DNA from: Phaeosaccion multiseriatum
Lineage: Eukaryota > Protista > Ochrophyta, other classes
Assembly: GCA_965112735.1 (NCBI GenBank)
Contig: OZ218964.1
Span: 2,046,001 to 2,110,000 of the forward strand
Reading direction: 5' to 3'
DNA: 64,000 nt
The notes beneath the pieces were generated by a model. The model was not told where the DNA came from, made no database searches, and saw nothing but the letters and a program-made list of their open reading frames with translations. How positions within the stretch are numbered: the first letter of the stretch is position 1; each line of letters begins with the position of its first letter. Below, in pieces: positions 1 through 12,864 of the stretch. The translations under genes and the position numbers were made by a program.

Positions 1-3000
1 CAGGCCTAACCAACACACTACATGCCCATAACAAAGCCAAGTCGGGCATGGAGTGCCCTCAAAATGCCCAATCTGACCCTTGGCTGGACCCAAAACCGGA
101 ATTTGCCAGACACAAACACCTCAAACGAGGCAGTTGCTGGTCTTGATCTGCCCGCGCCGGGCACTGGCTCAGCACAACAGGCCTAACCAACACACTACAT
201 GCCCACAACGAAGCCAAGTCGGGCATAGAATGGCCTCAAAATGCCCAATCTGGCACATGGCTGGACCCAAAACCGGAATATGCGAGGAACACACACCCCA
301 AACGAGGCAGTTGCTGGTCTTGATCTGCCCGCGCTGTGCGCTATTACAGCACAGTGGGCCTACCCAACACACTACATGCCCACAACGAAGCCGAGTCGGG
401 CCTGGAGTGGCCTCAAAATGCCCAATCTGACCCTTGGCTGGAATCAAAACCAGCATTTGCGAAGTAAACACACCCCAAACGAGGCAGTTGCTGGCCTTGA
501 TATGCCCACGCCGGGCACTGGCTCAGCACAACAGGCCTAACCAACACACTACATGCCCATAACAAAGCCAAGTCGGGCATGGAGTGGCCTCAAAATGCCC
601 AATCTGACCCTTGGCTGGACCCAAAACCGGAATTTGCCAGACACAAACACCTCAAACGAGGCAGTTGCTGGTCTTGATATGCCCGCGCCGGGCACTAGCT
701 CAGCACAATAGGCCTAACCAACACACTACATCCCCACAACGAAGCCAAGTCGGGCATGGAATGGCCTCAAAACGCCCAATCTGGCACATGGCTGGACCCA
801 AAACCGGCATTTGCCAGGCACAAACAACCGAAACGAGGCAGTTGCTGGTCTTGATATGCCCGCGCCGGGCACTGGCTCAGCACAACAGGCCTAACCAACA
901 CACTACATGCCCACAACGAAGCCAAGTCGGGCATAGAATGGCCTCAAAATGCCCAATCTGGCACATGGCTGGACCCAAAACCGGAATTTGCCAGGCACAA
1001 ACAACCCAAACGAGGCAGTTGCTGGCCTTGATATGCCCGCGCCGGGCACTGGCTCTGCACAATAGACGTAACCAACACACTACATCCCCACAACAAAGCC
1101 AAGTCGGGCATGGAATGGCCTCAAAACGCGCAATCTGGCACATGGCTGGACCCAAAACCGGCATTTGCCAGGAACACACACCCCAAACGAGGCAGTTGCT
1201 GGTCTTGATCTGCCCGCGCTGTGCGCTATTACAGCACAGTGGGCCTACCCAACACACTACGACGCCACAACGAAGCCAAGTCGGGCATGGAGTGGCCTCA
1301 AAATGCCCAATCTGGCCCTTGCATGGCTGGACCTAAATTCAGCATTTATTAGGTAAAGACAACCCAAACAAGGCAGTTGCTGGCCTCGATATGCCCGCGC
1401 GGGGTGCTAGCTTCACTCTAATGGCCCAACCAACACACTGCATCCCCACAACGAAGCCGAGTCAGGCCTGGAGTGGCCTCAAAATGCCCAATGTGGCCCT
1501 TGGCTGGACACAAAATCGGTATTTGCAAGGCACAAACACCCCAAACGAGGCAGTTGCTGAGCTCGATATGCCCGCGCTATGCACTAGATCAGCGCAACAG
1601 GCCTAACCAACACACTACATCCCCACAACGAAGCCGAGTCGGGCATGGAGTGGCCTCAAAATGCCCAATCTGACCCTTGGCTGGACCCAAAACCAGCATT
1701 TGCGAAGTAAACACACCCCAAACGAGGCAGTTGCTGGTTATGATATGCCCGTGCCGGGCACTGGCTCTGCACAATAGGCCTAACCAACACACTACATGCC
1801 CATAACAAAGCCAAGCCGGGCATGGAGTGACCTCAAAATGCCCAATCTGACCCTTGGCTGGACCCAAAACCAGCATTTGCGAAGTAAACACACCCCAAAC
1901 GAGGCAGTTAATTGCTGGCCTTGATATGCCCGCGCCGGGCACTGGCTCTGCACAATAGGCCTAACCAACACACTACATGCCCATAACAAAGCCAAGTCGG
2001 GCATGGAGTTTCGCGCCGTCGCGGCGCTCGGGCGAAGGGTGGGTGGGAAAGAAAAGAAGAGTTCCGGCACTCAACACCGTGGACACTGTCGGCACTCAAC
2101 ACCAGACACAGTCTCCTAAGCTCTTCTTCCTTCGCCCACGAGGACCCCGGCTCTCAACACCAGGCGGGTCCCCTTGGCCAACACGAAGCTCTCTGTCCGG
2201 GCCCAGGACTGAGGCTCGCTTTCCACTACACCAGTATCTACCTCTCCTCCTTGGCAATGTGCTCCACTCTTCCTGGGCTCTGTCTCCGCCGCCTCAGTAA
2301 GTGACAGCACACGCCAAGGTCTCTCCTCTTCTGAAAAATCTAAATTCCCTGCTTCACTGACATACTGTACATCTCCCCAGAGGGGACCCCCCCCTTGGGG
2401 CGGTACCAAGCACCTACGCTGGCGCTTCGCCCTGCTGGCTCCCATGTCTCCCACCTCGTCCTCGTCTCTGTTCCGCGAGAAACAAAGTTCCGTTGCTGCG
2501 CTGCTGAACAGGCTGGCCTCAAAATGCCCAATCTGACCCTTGGCTGGACCCAAAACCGGAATTTGCCAGACACAAACACCTCAAACGAGGCAGTTGCTGG
2601 TCTTGATATGCCCGCGCCGAGCACTGGCTCAGCACAATAGGCCTAACCAACACACTACATGCCCATAACGAAGCCAAGTCGGGCATAGAATGGCCTCAAA
2701 ATGCCCAATCTGGCACATGGCTGGACCCAAAACCGGAATTTGCCAGGCACAAACAACCCAAACGAGGCAGTTGCTGGTCTTGATATGCCCGCGCCGGGCA
2801 CTGGCTCTGCACAATAGGCCTAACCAACACACTACATGCCCACAACGAAGCCAAGTCGGGCATAGAATGGCCTCAAAACGCGCAATCTGGCACATGGCTG
2901 GACCCAAAACCGGCATTTGCCAGGAACACACACCCCAAACGAGGCAGTTGCTGGTCTTGATCTGCCCGCGCCGGGCACTGGCTCAGCACAATACGTCAAA

Positions 3001-5240
3001 CTGACACACTACATCCCCACAACGAAGCCAAGTCGGGCATAGAATGGCCTCAAAATGCCCAATCTGGCACATGGCTGGACCCAAAACCGGAATTTGCCAG
3101 GCACAAACAACCCAAACGAGGCAGTTGCTGGTCTTGATACACTCGCGCCGGGCACTGGCTCTGCACAATAGGCCTAACCAACACACTACATCCCCACAAC
3201 AAAGCCAAGTCGGGCATGGAATGGCCTCAAAACGCCCAATCTGGCACATGGCTGGACCCAAAACCGGAATTTGCAAGGCACAAACACCCAAAACGAGGCA
3301 GTTGCTGAGCTCGATATGCCCGCGCTATGCACTACATCAGCGCAACAGGCCTAACCAACACACTACAGGGCCACAACGAAGCCGAGTCGGGCATGGAGTG
3401 GCCTCAAAATGCCCAATCTGACCCTTGGCTGGACCCAAAACCAGCATTTGCGAAGTAAACACACCCCAAACGAGGCAGTTGCTGGCCTTGATATGCCCGC
3501 GCCGGGCACTGGCTCTGCACAATAGGCCTAACCAACACACTACATGCCCATAACAAAGCCAAGTCGGGCATGGAGTGGCCTCAAAATGCCCAATCTGACC
3601 CTTGGCTGGACCCAAAACCGGAATTTGCCAGACACAAACACCTCAAACGAGGCAGTTGCTGGTCTTGATATGCCCGCGCCGGGCACTGGCTCAGCACAAT
3701 ACGTCAAACTGACACACTACATCCCCACAACGAAGCCAAGTCGGGCATAGAATGGCCTCAAAATGCCCAATCTGGCACATGGCTGGACCCAAAACCAGAA
3801 TTTGCCAGGCACAAACAACCCAAACGAGGCAGTTGCTGGTCTTGATATGCCCGCGCCGGGCACTGGCTCTGCACAATAGGCCTAACCAACACACTACATG
3901 CCCATAACAAAGCCAAGTCGGGCCTGGAGTGGCCTCAAAATGCCCAATCTGACCCTTGGCTGGACCCAAAACCGGAATTTGCCAGACACAAACACCTCAA
4001 ACGAGGCAGTTGCTGGTCTTGATATGACCGCGCCGAGCACTGGCTCAGCACAACAGGCCCAACCAACACACTACATGCCCACAACGAAGCCAAGTCGGGC
4101 ATAGAATGGCCTCAAAATGCCCAATCTGGCACATGGCAGGACCCAAAACCGGAATTTGCCAGGCACAAACAATCCAAACGAGGCAGTTGCTGGCCTTGAT
4201 ACGCTCGCGCCGGGCACTGGCTCTGCACAATAGGCCTAACCAACACACTACATCCCCACAACAAAACCAAGTCGGGCATGGAATGGCCTCAAAACGCGCA
4301 ATCTGGCACGTGGCTGGACCCAAAGCCGGAATTTGCCAGACACAAACACCTCAAACGAGGCAGTTGCTGGTCTTGATCTGCCCGCGCTGTGCGCTATTAC
4401 AGCACAGTGGGCCTACCCAACACACTACGTCGCCACAACGAAGCCAAGTCGGGCATGGAGTGGCCTCAAAATGCCCAATCTGGCCCTTGGCTGGGCCCAA
4501 AGCCAGCATTTGCCAGGCACAACCACCCAAAACGAGGCAGTTGCTGGGCTCGATATGCCCGCGCTATGCACTGGCTCAGCACAAAAGGCCCAACCAACAC
4601 ACTACAACGCCACAACGAAGCCAAGTCGGGCATGGAGTGGCGTCAAAAGGCCCAATCTGGCCTTCGCTGGACCCAAAGCCAGCATTTGCCAGGCATAAAC
4701 ACCCCAAACGAGGCAGTTGCTGGCCTCGATATGCCCGCGCTGGGCGCTATCTCTGCACAATAGGCCTAACCAACAAACGACATTGCCACAACGAAGCCAA
4801 GTCGGGCATGGAGTGGCGTCAAAATGCCCAATCTGGCCCTTGGCTGGACCCAAAGCCAGCATTTGCCAGGCACGAACACCCCACACGAGACAGTTGCTGG
4901 CCTCGATATGCCCGCGCTGGGCGCTAACTCAGCACAGTAGGCCTAACCAACACACTTCATCGCCATAACGAAGCCAAGTCGGGCCTGGAGTGGCCTCAAA
5001 ACGCCCAATCTGGCCCTTGGCTGGACCCAAAACCGGCATTTGCGAAGTAGAGACACCAGAAACGAGGCAGTTCCTGCCCTTGATATGCCCACGCCGGGCA
5101 CTGGCTCAGCACAATAGGCCTAACCCAACCAACACACTACATCGCCACAACGAAGCCAAGTTGGGCCTGGAGTGGCCTCAAAAGACCCAATCTGGCCCTT
5201 GGCTGGGCCCAGAGCCGGCATTTGCGGGGCACAAACAACC
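1..5240. repeat. Tandem satellite array, 177-bp monomer, about 26-27 copies in the window (continues off the left edge)
   Basis: CAGGCCTAACCAACACACTAC recurs at 1, 178, 532 and onward with a 177-bp period. Monomers become more divergent after ~4400. The repeated ORFs here arise because 177 is divisible by 3. Confidence 0.97.
2010..2513. mobile_element. ~505-bp non-satellite insertion splitting one monomer (probable non-autonomous TE or solo repeat)
   Basis: The monomer GCATGGAG|TGGCCTC is split at 2008/2514 with at most one duplicated T. A GC hairpin (GCGCCG-TCG-CGGCGC) lies at the left end, and CGGCACTCAACACC-like direct repeats occur three times at 2065-2161. Confidence 0.65.
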
Positions 5241-5493
5241 TAACGGAGGCACTTGCTTGCTGTGGGTCCTTGCTGGGTACAAAAGGGCCAAACCGGGCAC
5301 TTGGTGTCCGCAAAACGCCCAAGTCGGGAGTGGTTGGTCACAAAATGCCCATACTATGCACTTGCTTGCGCACAAAAGACCCGAGCCGGGCATCCGCTAA
5401 CCACAATGGCACGAGATGGGGCATTTGCAGGGCACTAAATGCCCGAGCTGGGCAATTGCAGGCAAAAAAACAGGCCAAGAAGCCGGGTTTTTG
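5241..5493. repeat. Degenerate ~30-bp repeat tail of the satellite (AAATGCCC-N4-6-GGGCA units)
   Basis: Repeated short dyads such as aaatgcccgagctgggca and aaagacccgagccgggca, spaced about 31 bp apart. Confidence 0.6.
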
Positions 5494-6074
5494 TGGTGGT
5501 TCATGATAGAGCGCTCACGCACAGTTCAAGTCGAACGCCTCCCCCCCTTCTCTTCAAGGGATTTGCCTTATAAGTGGGTGGCAGTGAGCAAATCTTCTCT
5601 GCGCAATTCGTAGCAGCCACAGAACCCAGCCTTGGTGCTGGAATAAATCCGAGCTCGTCTGTGGCTCCCCACCACCTGCAACTCCTGCACGTGTGACCCA
5701 CTCCACTGCATCCTGAAAATCTGCGGCCTCGCTCATCCACCCGCTTATCCTCCCCGGTGCGCGATACGCCAGGAATGGGGCAATTGCTTGCACCTACTCT
5801 TCCCTCCCTCGATTTTGTGAGCAGATATACTCCACCTGACCAAACTCCCAGCTCCCCAGCAGTAAGAGCGCTATGTATTTCGTACCCTCCGGGCAATGCT
5901 TCGCGTATGGGGCTCTGTAGCGTCCTGAAGCAGTAAGCATTGAGCAGAGAAAGGAGAAAGAAAAGGGGAACGAAGACACAGTATGTCATTGAAATTCATT
6001 GACATATGATGGGGCGGCCGATCCCAACCCCACACCTCCCACATCCTCTCTCTCCTTCCACAGAGGTTGCAACG

Positions 6075-7883
<1,809 letters not shown>

Positions 7884-8013
7884 TTTCCATACGAAGCAAA
7901 AGTAGATGCATGAGAAGCTCTGCCCCTGATGGTAATAGACCGCTCAGAGGAGGGCTCGATCAATTCATTTACAATAGATTTTCTAAAGTGCTCCCATACT
8001 GTGTTGTGGGAAA

Positions 8014-11000
8014 TTATTTGTATCGCTGGAGTAACGACTGCAAAGTCTTGATGAATTTATCTTTGTCATGGAGCCTGTAGATGTTCTTTTTGGGCTCCGC
8101 GTCGGTGCGGAAGTGCAGAGTCACGACCGACGGATCCTTTTTCATAAAAGTCATTTTGAGGATGGAAGTGAGGTGTCGGTTGCTCTTCACGAGTGGCTGG
8201 CCGGCCTCGCCAGAGGTGGAGTCGAGAATCAGGATACGCTCCGACGTGAGAAGAAGCACGCGCTCCCGCTCGGGCTCGTCGGGTCCTCCTTTCCTCTTCA
8301 AGACAGAAAACTGAACGCTTCCGGGCAGCTGCTCGTACTCTGCGAGAGCGAGGGTGCTTCCCTTGCCCACTCCAGCCAGCTCGTGCTCTTTCAAGGCCAC
8401 GTCCTCGCAGGCCACCGGGCTGGGAGCAGCACCTCCCTCTCCGTCTCCCTCCTCCTCGTCACTGGAATTGCCCCCATCGATGACAAAGAAGTTATCCGTT
8501 GCTGGGCCCGTTCTTTCGCCGTTGCCAAACACTTTGCTGGTGCTCCGGCCCCCGACAGAGTCGTCCTCCATTCTGGACTTTGGTGCTACGGCGCCCTCCG
8601 CTGCTGCTCTACTATTGTTGCTGCTGCTAGTGCCACTGCTACTGCTACTGCTGCTGCTGCTCTGACTCTTGCTTCCAAACAGCTTGCCCGTGAAAGAAGA
8701 ACGCCCCGCCCCGAAGGAGTTCTTCTTTGTCAAGCTGGTCCCTGAGCCCCACTTGATGCCCTTCAGTTTGGAGCCAAGGTCCTCCATCGATTTCTTCGCC
8801 TCCTCTGCCACCGTGACGGCAGAGTTGGCGGCTTCCTCCCCGAGCAGTGATGACCTTCGCTGCCAGATACTATCTTTGCTGCCCAGACTCTTTGGCCGGC
8901 CTGGCCGCTCAGTTGCCCTCGTTGCCTCGGCCCCTACTCCGCCCCTACCGCTCCTACTCGGGCTCATGCTTCCGCTCAATACTCTCTCTCCTCCTCCTCC
9001 TCCTCCTCCTCCTCCTCCTCCTCCTCCTCCTCCTCCTCCTTCTCCGCCTCCTGCTTCTGCTGCTGCTACTGTTTCTCCTCCTCCCGAAGAGCGGAAAGAC
9101 AGGCGAAACTTGTTGGCATCCCCTTGGAAGATGTTTCGCAAGAGCTGCGACCCGTCGGTGGAGGAGGAGGTGCCTCCCTCTCCTCCTCCCCCCCCCTCTG
9201 AGGGAGCATCACCAGCAGCGCCCCTCACTGCCGCACCCCTATGCGCCCTTTTGCTGGCGCTCCTCTGGCAGTGCTCGCAGGTGTGGGCCGAATGGTCCAC
9301 AAGTGTGTTGAGGTTGACGTGCTGCTGCAACCTCCCGCCCCCCGCACAAGACCCGTCTTCCAGCATTTCGTGCGCGGCCGCAAAGCCCCCATGCAGCACT
9401 GACACGAAGGGAAAGCCCTGCTTCAAAAAGAAGAGTGCACACGACGCGAGATTGCTGTGGTCGTCCGCCGCCCTTTGGAGGGTCTCCGCGCTGGGAGGCT
9501 GCCCCGTGGACTGCGCCTCCTTGGCGGCGGTATACCCCTCCCCCCCGCCCATGAGGCAGATGTGCGTGCTGCCCTTGAGCGCCTCAAGCACACCAAGCAT
9601 GGCCTGCAGCGCCTCTGGAGCTTCCAGACACTTGGGCAGGTCGAGATGGTACGTGGTGGGGAAGCTCCCTGCGGCCCTGAGCTGCTCTCCTGCTCGGCAG
9701 TCCACCGTGAAGAAGCCCAGAGGCTCTCTGTGGGCGTGCAGAAGAGCCTTCTTGGGCAGCAGCCTTCCGCCCTGCCCTCCTCCACCTGCACCGCGTCTAC
9801 CGAAAGTAACATCCTCCTCCTCTTCGTCGTCCCCCCCGTTCCCCTCACCTCCTCCTTGCCCGCCCCTCCCGGAACTGGCGGCAGGACTCCTCCCCTTGTT
9901 CTTCTTGGAATTAGGCGTGTCATAGCCCGTACTCTCGAAGCGCCCCATGCTCCACACGGCCTCCGCCGCGTCAACAGATATACAAAACTGCGGTTGGAGC
10001 AGCTCCAGTGGTAAGCTGCCGTACCGCCTGGCAGCTGCAAGATAGTCGGAATTTCCCCTCGCCGCCGCCGCCGCTGCGGCGGGATGCTTGTTATGTACCT
10101 TCATGCCTAGAATGTACCTGTCCCCTGCCAGTTTGTCACCCGCCTCCCTGATGAATCTGCTCATCTTGTTGAAAGTGGGATTCGCCGAAGTCGGTACGTT
10201 GCTGCTACTGCTGCTGCTAGTGTTGCTGCTGCTGCTGCCGCTGGTGCCGCTGGTGCCGCTGGGAGCGGTGGCAGTAGTGGTAGTGGTAGTAATGCCCGCT
10301 CCCTCCGACCCGGGACCAACTGGCTCACTACTGCCCCCGAATTCGTCCGGAGAGCCCATCTCCCCTCCGGTGGTGGCGGTGGTGGTGGTGGTGCTGCTGC
10401 TACTACTGCTACCCTCCCCCTGTCCGCCGGCAAACATGCTGGGCACATCGTCTATGTCCATGGGACTGAGCGGCCCTGCAGGAGATAGGGGCGAGGGTGC
10501 AGTAGGGCCAGCGGCGCGTGCGGGCTCCCCGAGGCCCCCTTCCTGCCTCAGGTCAATGCTGGACGGGCGAGGGGGCGCACCACCAGCCCCGGCAGCAGCG
10601 GAAGGGTGGCCCTCCACAGACGACCGCCGCTTCCCTTCCCGTTCCTGCTGCATCTGCTCCAGCTCTGCGCCATACTCCGCCTCGGCCACCTCTCCCAGGA
10701 GGTCAAGGTTGTTCCTGAAAGAGGCGGGCGTGATTGCAACGAGCTCTTCTGCCTCCATGCACCACGAAAAAACAGCGGTGCGATCAAGCATCTTTGAGCC
10801 CTCCCGCTCGCTCTCGTCCCCTCCTGCCACTGCGTGTCCAACCAAGTCTCCACCGGACAGCACACTCTCCAGTGCCCCTTTGAGGGCCTCCGGGGCATGC
10901 AGCTCCATCAGACGGCTCGAGTTCCGCAGTAGCAAGGCCAGAAGCAGGAAATAACCTGCATTCACGTGCCGGAGAGGGTGGAACGGATGGTAGTACGTGA

Positions 11001-12740
11001 CGTGGGACGTGAAAAGCAGACTTTAAGAGACAGTCTGGCACGGCCCCCGCCCTTACCTGAGTGCTTGTCCCGGCGCACAATGTAGTAGTCCCACAGAGGC
11101 AGGAGGTTCTCCGGCAACACCCTCGACCCGATACCGCAGAACATGGCCCCCAACAGCGCGTGCTCGATGAGCCCCTCCTCCGCGGACCCCTTCTTGGAGC
11201 GCTTTAGCTGCAGATCCCGCTCGACCTCTCCGGCAGCGGCGCTGCTGAGGCTGCTCGAGCCTGTCCGGCCCATCCCGTCGCCCCCCTCGGCGGCAGCGCT
11301 GGTCAAGCTGCTGCTGGGCCTTCTCCTCCTCGCCCTCCCCTCCAGCGCATCGACGAGCGCCGCAGTTTCCTCGTCCTTCCTAACCGCGTGCCTGGCAGAC
11401 TCGCCTGCGTCCTTTCGGCTGGGCAGTTCCCAGCCAGGATACAGCCTTGAGACGAGCAGAAGCGCATCACGTAGGGCAAGGGGGCAGGGTTGGGGACAAC
11501 GTCAGACCATCATTAGCCATTTCACACTCCTTGCGGCTGCTGGTTGCTTGCTCCAGCACGGCCGGCCTCACCTGTCCAAGTGCAAGACGAGCAGCGGCGC
11601 GTGGTAGGCTGCCAGCATGTGGAATCGGCGGTGCGAGTAACGGTGTGCCACTTCCCGGACTGCCTTGCTCATTCCCGTCGTGAGGAAGAGCGTGAAGGAG
11701 TTGGCAAGGGGATAGAAAAGGGCACTCACGCCTGCGGTACTCAGCCCAAGGGCGAAGAGCGGTGCAACAAGGGCAGAGAGAGTGGGCTCGTACTCCAGCC
11801 CCCTCCTCCTGCAAAAGAAGGTCACCACAACTTCCATGTCGTCCGCCAGCGCGGCCACCGCCTGCTTGCCGCACCCGAAGCGCCTCCGAGCAGAGGAGAC
11901 CCCCTCCTCCTCCACGTTGGCCCCTGCACCTGCTCCCACGGAGGAGGCTCGGTCCTGTCCCCCCTCCTCCGCCGTACACATGCGCTCACTCAGGGCCATG
12001 CAGTCGGCCCTCAGAGCCTGCTGATTTGGTATCGGATTGCCCATTCCACCCCCGGCCAGCCAGTCCCCCAACTCCTTGTCGTTGGGGGCCAGGCCTCTGC
12101 CAAGCAGGAGGCTCCACAGCGAGGCTCTGAGGTCGTCCGGCAGCAGGTTGCCTAGCGCCTTGCACAAGTTGCGCGTGCTTTCCACGTCCACAGTAGGGCG
12201 AGCTCCCGCGACGATCTGGCGGAGCTGATCCGCAGGATTCGTCGTCACAGCGATGCTGCTGCTGCAACCCGCGCCCGACATTCTTGAGGCAACACCAGTG
12301 GCTGAAGCAGGGGGGGTAGCAGGAGTAGCAGAGGCGGCAGGAGCAACAGCGGCCGCAGTAGGTAGAAGAGGCGTCCTCGGGGGCTTCGACGATACTGGCG
12401 GCGCTTCTGCTGCTTCTGGGCCCCCTTCATCGGGTACTAATGGCGCCGCTGCAGGGGCTGACGAGGACGGAGACTCGTCGAGCCAAGCGAGAAAATCGTC
12501 TTGCGTTTTGGTGTCCATCAACGGTCCAGCAGTCCCGCCGACAGCATCTGGTGCTGTTGCTACTGCTGCACTCGAAGGCGACCCAGCTGCATCGCCAAAG
12601 ATGTGGGCAAACTCGTCTTCCTCGTCTTCCTTCTTGTCGCCACGGAGCCCACCCTCCGATAACCCTTCGACCGCCGGCGTTGCGGCTGGTGCCCCAAAGA
12701 TGTCATCGAACTCGTCTGCTGAGCCCCCCCCCTCCTCCAT
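8014..12740 (-). CDS. TBC1D23: TBC1D23 homolog (TBC + rhodanese-like + C-terminal PH-like domain), 3 exons; alternative start at 12866
   Basis: TBC part LRASLWSLLLG...FHMLAAYHAPLLVLHLD...LLPLWDYY; rhodanese part FFTVDCRAGEQ...YHLD, HICLMG, FPFVSVLHGGF; C-terminal VKSNRHLTSILKMTFMKKDPSVVTLHF. Introns at about 11446-11571 and 10956-11056. Confidence 0.88.
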
Positions 12741-12864
12741 TGGCCCCCAGCCCTCCCCCTCGTCCCTTTCCTCCTCTCTCGTCAGTTCACAGCAGAGGAG
12801 GGACTTCGATTGCCATCGTCCAAAAGTAAAATCCTTCATCACGCTCACTCTTCCTCCTCCTCTC

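Noticed and set aside
1-5240. CRISPR-like array
   Set aside because: No unique spacers (whole monomers repeat), eukaryotic context, and no cas genes.
80-5400. Many repeated ORFs (MAGPKTGICQ..., MASKCPIW...)
   Set aside because: By-products of a 177-bp (59-codon) satellite; present on both strands, with stops scattered among monomers.
8068-10954. Long plus-strand ORFs (418, 288, 225 aa) and similar antisense ORFs throughout the window
   Set aside because: Shadow frames of GC-rich coding exons on the opposite strand, with no motifs.
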